From Promethearchaeota archaeon (GTDB lineage: Archaea; Asgardarchaeota; Hermodarchaeia; Hermodarchaeales; Hermodarchaeaceae): a DNA stretch of 10,702 nucleotides. The stretch spans positions 1 to 10,702 of the forward strand of contig JBHLPH010000045.1 in assembly GCA_048939625.1 (NCBI GenBank), read 5' to 3'. The translations under genes were made by a program, and so were the position numbers. Every line of letters starts with the position of its first letter. Position 1 is the stretch's first letter. Below are positions 1 through 6,563 of the stretch, piece by piece. The notes below the pieces were generated by a model, which saw only the letters and a program-made list of their open reading frames with translations, did no database searches and was not told the DNA's origin.

Positions 1-161
1 GCAATCGAATAAGCCCCCCTTTCAACATTTGCACAGTACTCCTCGAAATATTCAATTGTTGCGTCTATTACTGGCCTGGGAATTGGAGTTGTTGCAGCAT
101 TATCAAGGTAGATGTATTGTTGAGTGATAGGTAGATCGCGACGCATATCATCAGGTTTCAT
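1..161 (-). CDS. Cysteine desulfurase / class-V PLP aminotransferase (SufS/CsdA-like), N-terminal part; runs off the window start
   Basis: Not in the ORF track. Manual translation from ATG 161 gives MKPDDMRRDLPITQQYIYLDNAATTPIPRPVIDATIEYFEEYCANVERGAYSI, containing the YLDNAATT and ANVxRG motifs of SufS-type enzymes. GGAGGT RBS at 172-167. Confidence 0.9.
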   Translation of the reverse strand, partial: MKPDDMRRDLPITQQYIYLDNAATTPIPRPVIDATIEYFEEYCANVERGAYSI

Positions 162-255
162 CAAAGACCTCCGAGAACAAGTTCTTTATAACTCATTTAC
201 CTAAAGAGTTATTGAAGCTTCCCCTCATAACCTTCTAGCATCTTGCACAATTATC

Positions 256-2025
256 CTAACTTGTTTCCCGACCATCAGAATCAACAACTTGCAGCCGTTT
301 ACCAATAAGCTCTAGAAACATGGTATCACGTTTCAGCGACTTTTCGGCTTCGATGGTTTGATCATAGCTAAGGGTGTAGAGTGTTTTGATGTTTTGGAGG
401 TTGCTCCGTATTCGACCAAGACTTTGTTCATATCGAGCTAACGACAAGGTTGTGCCATAATAAATTCCTACATCAGCCTCCGGCAAATCAGTGCCTTTTT
501 CTATCAATCGCTCCGAGGCGAACAAAGCGGATACTTGGCCTACCTTGAATGATTTAATTTGCGAATACTGCTGAGCACCACTCATTCTTCCATGAACGTA
601 AGTACTTGTGATTCCATTTTCTGTGGCACGTCGTGAGAGGAAGCGTGTCATCTCAATAAAACGACATAAGATGAGGGCTCTTTTTCCCTGAGTATTGAAG
701 CGTGCTAGCCAATAAAGGAGCCGCTCCTCTTTCTGATCAGGAACCTGGTTTTTCGTTCTTTCAGCCACTCTTTCCTTAATCAATGATAATTCAGATGAAG
801 CAAGAAGGATACGATTTGTAATGTTGTTTATGAAGGTGCTAAACGAGTGGAAAGTACCTTCAAGAAGATGTTGGCGAGCGACAGTCATAAGAAGATAAGC
901 TCTCGCAACCGCTAAAATTACCAACAGTTGTTGTTCGTCTCCATTGAAATGTTCTAAAAGTTTTTTCTTCAGACCTTTCTTTCCCAGCAAGTCGGTAATG
1001 AAGAGGAGAATGCGATCACTGGGAATGTTCTGGATTCCTGTAATTATTTTGTAGGCGCTATTCAAGCGGTGTAATTGCGCCCGTTTGATATCTGAGATTA
1101 AATTATCAACCAGTGTTATCCATTCATCAAAGACCCGAATTCGTTTCAATTCATAGGCAGGTTGAAATGCTTCAAAATCATCCCCAATGGGTCGAATTTC
1201 TGCAACACGCTCAGCGCCCCCAAAGGTCTTCTTTAGCAAGCCAATTTTTGCGTCTTGCGAAAGAGATGCCGTCAATCCGATGACAATTCGTGTGGATTGC
1301 GAATCTAGGAGATTGAGATGGTGTATGATTGGCGAATAGGTTTTGTTCATCCGATAGTTCTGGAAGCTAAACTCCTGAATCACCTGATCCGCTAAACGGG
1401 ATTCATCGATTTTATAATCAAGAGTATTCGATGCTTCCAGTTCGTGTTTTAAGTCAGTGATAATCTGATTGAAGTTTCGTCCATTTCCGAAGCGATTCTC
1501 AATATAAGCGATAGTATCTTCGCGGGGACGCTTCTTGCCATAACTTTGAGCAAAGATGTCGAGGATTTCATCAATAATAATGACTTTGACTTTGTCAAGA
1601 GTTTCTTTGTCAATACGTTTGTGTCTCCCTGCCACAGCATTCATTAGCAAGATTGGAGTGGCAAAAATGAAGCGAGCCATCGCAGAATGTTGACGTGCCA
1701 TTGAGCTGGGTAGGCTTTTCTGATCATCTAACAGGAAAAGATAACCATGAGAAGTGAGACCATAGGTCTTAGCCATTTCATATAATTGATGTTTGAGTTT
1801 CCGGTCTTGCACAAGGAAGAGGACTTTCTCATCTGATTCTAGAATATCCCGTTCAAAGAGAAGGTCTAGAGTAAGGGTAGAGATAAGGGTTTTTCCCATA
1901 CCTGTAGGCAGAAGCACTAGAAACACACGCTTTTCACTGGTGTCAAGAGTCGCTAGAATTTGGTCCCGCGCGTTCAGTTGATAGAGACGCGGAGTGAATT
2001 TTGTTTTTTCTGCCACAAGAGTCAC
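256..2025 (-). CDS. Divergent superfamily-2 helicase, Hef/Mph1/FANCM (ERCC4-related) or RIG-I-like type, without a nuclease domain
   Basis: Q motif PRLYQ, Walker A LPTGMGKT, Ib ATP, Walker B IIIDEIL, motif III GLTAS, IV LILC, VHG, V LIEKGTDLP, VI QSLGRIRS, and a helical insert between the RecA domains. GTG start with BRE/TATA upstream. Confidence 0.8.
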   Translation of the reverse strand: MTLVAEKTKFTPRLYQLNARDQILATLDTSEKRVFLVLLPTGMGKTLISTLTLDLLFERDILESDEKVLFLVQDRKLKHQLYEMAKTYGLTSHGYLFLLDDQKSLPSSMARQHSAMARFIFATPILLMNAVAGRHKRIDKETLDKVKVIIIDEILDIFAQSYGKKRPREDTIAYIENRFGNGRNFNQIITDLKHELEASNTLDYKIDESRLADQVIQEFSFQNYRMNKTYSPIIHHLNLLDSQSTRIVIGLTASLSQDAKIGLLKKTFGGAERVAEIRPIGDDFEAFQPAYELKRIRVFDEWITLVDNLISDIKRAQLHRLNSAYKIITGIQNIPSDRILLFITDLLGKKGLKKKLLEHFNGDEQQLLVILAVARAYLLMTVARQHLLEGTFHSFSTFINNITNRILLASSELSLIKERVAERTKNQVPDQKEERLLYWLARFNTQGKRALILCRFIEMTRFLSRRATENGITSTYVHGRMSGAQQYSQIKSFKVGQVSALFASERLIEKGTDLPEADVGIYYGTTLSLARYEQSLGRIRSNLQNIKTLYTLSYDQTIEAEKSLKRDTMFLELIGKRLQVVDSDGRETS

Positions 2026-2059
2026 CAGAACACAGGCTTACGGGCTTTTCGAATTTTAC

Positions 2060-2073
2060 TTTATATATTTTCG
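2060..2073 (-). promoter_or_regulatory. BRE/TATA promoter of the helicase gene
   Basis: Minus strand reads CGAAAA-TATATAAA about 35 nt upstream of the GTG at 2025. Confidence 0.6.
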
Positions 2074-2161
2074 GAAAAGTGATTGAAGTCGTTAATCATG
2101 CTTCATAAAGACAACGATTAGTGAGTGGCTAAGACTTAAATTTGACATATGAATCATCAAC

Positions 2162-2174
2162 TTAACATTGTTAA
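2162..2174. promoter_or_regulatory. Palindromic operator candidate abutting the TATA-like element of the HTH gene
   Basis: Perfect inverted repeat TTAACA-T-TGTTAA, running into AT-rich TTAATATTTA, 35 nt before the ATG at 2210. Confidence 0.5.
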
Positions 2175-2209
2175 TATTTACACCTTTCTTCGACTAAGAG
2201 GTTTTCAAT

Positions 2210-2560
2210 ATGGCATTTCCTTGTGAAGCTGTGGTTTGGAAGGCGCTTCCGGCGATCAAGTCATCATTAGCCCGAGCGCTGGTCAACGAGGGAATGACGC
2301 AGGTCCAAGTGTCGAAGATTCTCGGAACAACTGAAGCGACCATCTCTCATTACATGAAAGGTGAACGTGGATCCTCCGTGGTGCTAGAGAAAAAAATCCA
2401 GGAAGCTATCAACACCGTTGCCCACAAAATTAGTACAGGTACAATAGCTGAAGACCAAATTACCAAAGAAGTGTGTGGTATCTGCCAGCAGGTTCGAGAA
2501 AACTCTGCTGTCTCTAGTACAGAAAACTCTCAAGATTGTACAACCTGTTCTCAAACGTGA
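2210..2560 (+). CDS. Archaeal XRE-like HTH transcriptional regulator (COG2522-like) with Cys motifs
   Basis: PCE...LPAIK...GMTQVQVSKILGTTEATISHYMKGERG helix-turn-helix, followed by CGIC and a terminal CTTC. GAGG upstream. Confidence 0.85.
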   Translation: MAFPCEAVVWKALPAIKSSLARALVNEGMTQVQVSKILGTTEATISHYMKGERGSSVVLEKKIQEAINTVAHKISTGTIAEDQITKEVCGICQQVRENSAVSSTENSQDCTTCSQT

Positions 2561-2640
2561 TTCTAAATAGAAGCCGAACTCTTTTGAATAATTATAACAC
2601 AATAACACAGAATAGCACTCAATTCAGGTGACTCAATGTC

Positions 2641-3846
2641 GTGCCATCACTGAAAGAGTTCTTTCGCCGAGAAGGGGTGACTGCTTTTATCATCTTCCTT
2701 TCAGTAGCAGGCATTATTTGGGTCATTTTTCTCTCTTATTCATGGGGCGTCGAATTCGTTCCTGGTTTTGCCCTTGACGATGATACAATGCACAAGACTG
2801 TTATTTACTACATGATAAAGGGCGAAGATTTTTACTCCGCCTGGCGTCATGCTGCTGCAGTAACAGGCGACCTTGGAGATCTGCGTATCTATCGCACTCC
2901 CTTGGTGTTTTACCCGATTGTCTTTCTGACCGGGTGGGCAGGAACAGGATTTGTGTTTCCCCTCAGTGTTGTATGTGTTATTACCGCTGCAACTAACCTT
3001 ATCCTCACTTTTTGGGTAGTTAACAAAATCACTGGCTCCGGATGGGCTGCTTTAGCAGCTAGTTTTGTGCAATATGCATTTTTCTTTAATGTAATTCCAC
3101 TCTTTCAAATTGCCTTATTTGCTATGCCATTCGTCATTCTAGCCGTATACTGGGCTTGGACAGATCACCCGTGGCTGGCTGGAACAGCGATTGCTTTTGC
3201 TTTTCTCATTAAAGAGACCTTTGTATTTGCACTTCCTGCCATTCTAGTGTTTTTTCTGATCCGGCGTCAGTGGCGCTCAACAGGAATAGTCATGGTCTTG
3301 AATATCGTTGCATTGGCCCTATATTTCATTCACACACTAATTGCCCAGCCGATTCCAGACCCCACCATGATGCTTACTGCTAGTGGGCCTGAATTCTTAC
3401 TCAATTTCGGAAGTTTCATCTGGTTTGGATTTGGCGTGCTATCCTACAATGTTTTTGCACCCGCCACCTTCCCTGGTTATTATCCGACAAATCCTTTACC
3501 TGCAATTATCCCCATTCCTCTATTTTACATAATCTTAACATTCCAAGTAATCATTGTGTGGGGAACAATCAGCTGGTGGTTTCTTAAACTGATTCAAAAA
3601 CAACAAATGACATCGGTCCCACTGCTTTCCCTTGCCCTCGTTCTATGGCTTGTTCCAATCCTTTTTGCTGCGACCACACACATCACTGACTTTACTCGAT
3701 ACTGGATGGAATATGCGATTTGGAGATGGTTTGGTGCATCCTATGTTGGTTTCTCACTTCTCGTCGCTCTGAGTTGGACCGAGATGCGAGGAGCAGTTAA
3801 GCAGTTTCTACAGAGACCTCGTCTAATTGCTGTAGATGGGGTCTAG
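2641..3846 (+). CDS. Polytopic membrane protein, probable GT-C fold glycosyltransferase (GT87/PMT-like)
   Basis: About 10 hydrophobic segments. Acidic DDD in the loop after TM1, then YRTP...YP, and an AFLIKE Lys motif typical of GT-C enzymes. AGGTGA RBS at 2626-2631 before the GTG. Confidence 0.6.
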   Translation: MPSLKEFFRREGVTAFIIFLSVAGIIWVIFLSYSWGVEFVPGFALDDDTMHKTVIYYMIKGEDFYSAWRHAAAVTGDLGDLRIYRTPLVFYPIVFLTGWAGTGFVFPLSVVCVITAATNLILTFWVVNKITGSGWAALAASFVQYAFFFNVIPLFQIALFAMPFVILAVYWAWTDHPWLAGTAIAFAFLIKETFVFALPAILVFFLIRRQWRSTGIVMVLNIVALALYFIHTLIAQPIPDPTMMLTASGPEFLLNFGSFIWFGFGVLSYNVFAPATFPGYYPTNPLPAIIPIPLFYIILTFQVIIVWGTISWWFLKLIQKQQMTSVPLLSLALVLWLVPILFAATTHITDFTRYWMEYAIWRWFGASYVGFSLLVALSWTEMRGAVKQFLQRPRLIAVDGV

Positions 3847-3922
3847 CGTCTTTAAAAATAGAGGTTCGGGATGTGCCTTTGAATACACCAGCGCTATAAA
3901 AAGAAACCAAATCCCTTAGCTA

Positions 3923-4105
3923 TGTGTTACTAACGATTCTATACTAGGCATTACTCTTGGCGTTTGCCTCTTGGCGAAGGGCGCCGCTTAACCTCCGACG
4001 CCCTCGCTCCTTTTCCGATTAGTAACGCAGCAGATGCCTGGGAAGCATCAGGGGAGCACCGATGACCCCTCCGGTGTCGAGCCAGGAAGGTGAGGCCTCC
4101 ATCAT
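3923..4105. ncRNA. Candidate structured non-coding RNA of unknown family; strand and ends uncertain
   Basis: Lies between convergent genes. 3961-4100 is 88/140 GC versus about 33-37% in the flanks. 12-bp hairpin 3974-4007, hairpin 4033-4049, and stems 4050-4054/4066-4070, 4037-4041/4082-4086 and 3926-3933/4019-4026. No credible ORF. Confidence 0.5.
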
Positions 4106-4131
4106 TTCATCTTCATTAAACGAACGTTTCG

Positions 4132-5028
4132 TTATGGGATTTTTTTCGAGGTCTTTCGTATTTCCCATATTCGAACTTTGCCATCAGAAGAACCAACAGC
4201 TAGCCAGCGTCGAGTGGGTGAAACGGCAACCGAATAGACACCTTTGACAGGTAGCTCGAATTGCTTATCAAGGTCACCCGTCCGTAAATTCCACATACGG
4301 ACGCCATAATCGATAGCAGCAACCACTTTCTTACTATCCGTTGTAAATGTTAGATCCATAGCACGGGATTCAAGGTTGATGGAATGGATAGGTTCCCAAT
4401 TTTTTGTGTCCCAAATAATGAGGGTTTCTTCGTATCCGAGAGAACCAAGCAGTTGCCCGTCAGGAGAAAATTGAATAGCGTTCACAGCTGTTTCATGGCC
4501 TTTAATCTCTTTCACAAGGTCACCAGACGGAAAAGCCCACAAATAAATATCGTCTCCCAGTCCCCCCGCAGCCAGGTATTTGTCATCAGGAGAAAAATGA
4601 ACCGAACTGATATTTCGTCCTATATTGGTCAGAGTCAAAATTTCGTCACCACTTGCGATATCCCAAATTTTCACATGACCATCATAAGAGCCCGACGCGA
4701 TGAATTTATTTGATGAGGAAACCGCCACAGTCGATACTGTCTTGCGATGCCCACTTAGGGTGTACTCAACTTCACCAGAGGGATAGTGCCAGACTTTCAC
4801 TGTTGTATCCGTTGAACCTGTGACCACAAACTCGCTATTGTGAGTCATGCAGAGAGCATTCACGCTATTAGTATGACCAAAGAACGTGTGTTTCAAGGTC
4901 CAGTCCTGTAATGCCCAGGCATGAACGAGGTTATCCATCCCTGCTGAAAGTAATGCTGTCTTATCAGGAGAAAATAATACTCGTGTAACATAACGAGTGT
5001 GAGCATCGATGCTATTGAGGGATTCCAT
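4132..5028 (-). CDS. WD40-repeat protein, single 7-bladed beta-propeller (about 298 aa)
   Basis: Seven GH...WD-type repeats (e.g. GHRKTVSTVAVSSSNKFIASGSYDGHVKIWD, GHETAVNAIQFSPDG...IIWD). Start placed at ATG 5028 (GTG 5037 also possible) because the ORF-track start at 5151 overlaps the GGR gene. Confidence 0.9.
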   Translation of the reverse strand: MESLNSIDAHTRYVTRVLFSPDKTALLSAGMDNLVHAWALQDWTLKHTFFGHTNSVNALCMTHNSEFVVTGSTDTTVKVWHYPSGEVEYTLSGHRKTVSTVAVSSSNKFIASGSYDGHVKIWDIASGDEILTLTNIGRNISSVHFSPDDKYLAAGGLGDDIYLWAFPSGDLVKEIKGHETAVNAIQFSPDGQLLGSLGYEETLIIWDTKNWEPIHSINLESRAMDLTFTTDSKKVVAAIDYGVRMWNLRTGDLDKQFELPVKGVYSVAVSPTRRWLAVGSSDGKVRIWEIRKTSKKIP

Positions 5029-5099
5029 TTTTTCCACATATCCAAATAGATCAACATCATCTAATGTAACCCTGAAGTTTATACTTGTTCCAAATATAG

Positions 5100-6464
5100 T
5101 TAAGTTTGATAGCCCAAGTCGTGGTAGACACGAACTACTCGGTCCTTCCAAGGCTCGAAGGTGTCAGGAGCTTCAGGAAAATTCTGGTAAAGCGAAAGCA
5201 TCTCGCTCATTCCCTGAGACACTTTTTGGATACGACGGAGTAGTCCAAGTTTTCGCAACCCGCGTAAGAGTCTTCCAGCTTTATCAAAAGCAGATAACTG
5301 AAGCCCTATTCCAGCGTTAGCACGTAGAAGATCCTCGGTAGTTAGAATGCGATTATTTATCACATAATTAAATTCCTCGTTCCCAACCTCTTGGAGAAAG
5401 TGTCGCATCAAATCTAATGAAGCGATTTTTTGTCCATAGTGATTCCGATTATATTCAACATTAAATGACCAAAGCCCTGATGTTGACACATCATTCGCCT
5501 CAATTGCATGTTTAATAACGGGAGCCAAGACATGTCCTGCTTCAATAGCAGATCCAATTCCCCCACCATGGATTGGGTTGACGTGACAACCGCTATCACC
5601 AATAAACGCAATTCCATCAGCGACGTAGCTCCAAAGGGGTCTTCGGATTGGTGCCGTTCCACCTCCCCCATGAATGAGTTTAGCATCTTTGAAAATGGGA
5701 TTAGTGGAAAGGAATTTTGTATAGAGTGCTTTTGGACGATGTCCTTTACCCCCTTGAGTTCCTAAGCCGACGTTTGCGAGTTTTCCTCCACGCGGGAAAA
5801 TCCAAATATAGCCACCTGGACTGTAGCGATCGTTCATGATAATCCAACAACGATCGGCGGGTTCGAAGGGTTCTTGGAGCTCGAGAATTTCCCGGTAACA
5901 GACAGCTTGGTCTCGAAGTGCAATAGTTGATTCGATGAGGGGATTTTTTATTTTCCGCCGAAGAGTTGCAGACATTCCACTTGCATCAACAGTTACTTTT
6001 CCGTGTGCTTCTTTGGTGCGTTTAGTCTGGGTCTCTTTGTACTTGACTCCAATGACTGTATTATTGTCGAAGAGTGGTTCAAGTACATGGGCGTTATCTG
6101 TAATTATAGCTCCAGCCTTTTCGGCGTAGCCAAGGAGCCTTTGTCCAAAATAGATGCGGTCGATTGTCCAGCCATCGCAGGGTTCTCCTTCAACACGTTG
6201 GCTGATCGTTACGTAATTTTTCATGTTAGGAGGATAGATGTCGATACCATTGATCGTATTTCCGAGTTCTTTCCCGGTAGGATATGGAATGTCAGTGTTT
6301 TTGAGGTGATGGAGGGCGATGCCTTCACCGCAGACTTTATCGCCTACTCGTTCGCGTGGGAGACGTTCTAAAACCAAGACATCTAATCCAAGTTGGGAAG
6401 CTCTTTTTGCAAGATGAGCACCTGCAGGTCCAGCACCAACAATTATGAGGTCATGTTGAGACAC
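5100..6464 (-). CDS. Geranylgeranyl reductase family flavoprotein (digeranylgeranylglycerophospholipid reductase-like)
   Basis: GAGPAG FAD motif, KVCGEG, DASG, PGGYIWIFP (PxxYxWxFP), NVGLG, GDSG..VNPIHGGGI. GGAGG RBS at 6477-6473 and TTTTAAGT TATA-like element at 6512-6505. Confidence 0.9.
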   Translation of the reverse strand: MSQHDLIIVGAGPAGAHLAKRASQLGLDVLVLERLPRERVGDKVCGEGIALHHLKNTDIPYPTGKELGNTINGIDIYPPNMKNYVTISQRVEGEPCDGWTIDRIYFGQRLLGYAEKAGAIITDNAHVLEPLFDNNTVIGVKYKETQTKRTKEAHGKVTVDASGMSATLRRKIKNPLIESTIALRDQAVCYREILELQEPFEPADRCWIIMNDRYSPGGYIWIFPRGGKLANVGLGTQGGKGHRPKALYTKFLSTNPIFKDAKLIHGGGGTAPIRRPLWSYVADGIAFIGDSGCHVNPIHGGGIGSAIEAGHVLAPVIKHAIEANDVSTSGLWSFNVEYNRNHYGQKIASLDLMRHFLQEVGNEEFNYVINNRILTTEDLLRANAGIGLQLSAFDKAGRLLRGLRKLGLLRRIQKVSQGMSEMLSLYQNFPEAPDTFEPWKDRVVRVYHDLGYQT

Positions 6465-6563
6465 AGGGTAATCCTCCTAGTGTTGTTCCTTCAATGGACG
6501 GGGTACTTAAAACCTCACTTATTTAGTTAGAGTCGATGAATCTAAGAAAGTCTATAATGAATG

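Noticed and set aside
2594-2609. Tandem ATAACACA repeat upstream of the membrane protein
   Set aside because: Only two short AT-rich copies; not CRISPR-like and too weak to call an operator.
3980-4000. 5S rRNA (minus-strand CGGAGGTTAAGC resembles CGGAAGTTAAGC)
   Set aside because: No loop C CCGAAC-type motif, no helix I, and the local fold is incompatible.
4049-4076. U1 snRNA-like word CAGGGGAG..ACC.ATGA
   Set aside because: No ACUUACCUG 5' end, U1-70K loop or Sm site; most likely chance.
4036-4090. Cobalamin riboswitch (GGGAAG...GAGCCAGGA) or SRP RNA
   Set aside because: Missing the AGGGAA/GCCACTG/ACCTGCC elements and the SRP helix 8 motif; there is also no downstream gene on plus.
4068-4101. 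tRNA (T-loop-like GGCTCGACACC on minus; CCA at 4099-4101 on plus)
   Set aside because: No cloverleaf, D-arm or anticodon arm can be built, and the two cues lie on opposite strands.
4062-4247. 61-aa plus-strand ORF, and a 28-aa minus-strand ORF at 4105-4019
   Set aside because: No RBS or recognisable motif; the first is antisense to the WD40 gene.
5029-5151. N-terminal extension of the WD40 ORF
   Set aside because: Overlaps the GGR 3' end, is not WD-like, and a better ATG/GTG lies just before blade 1.
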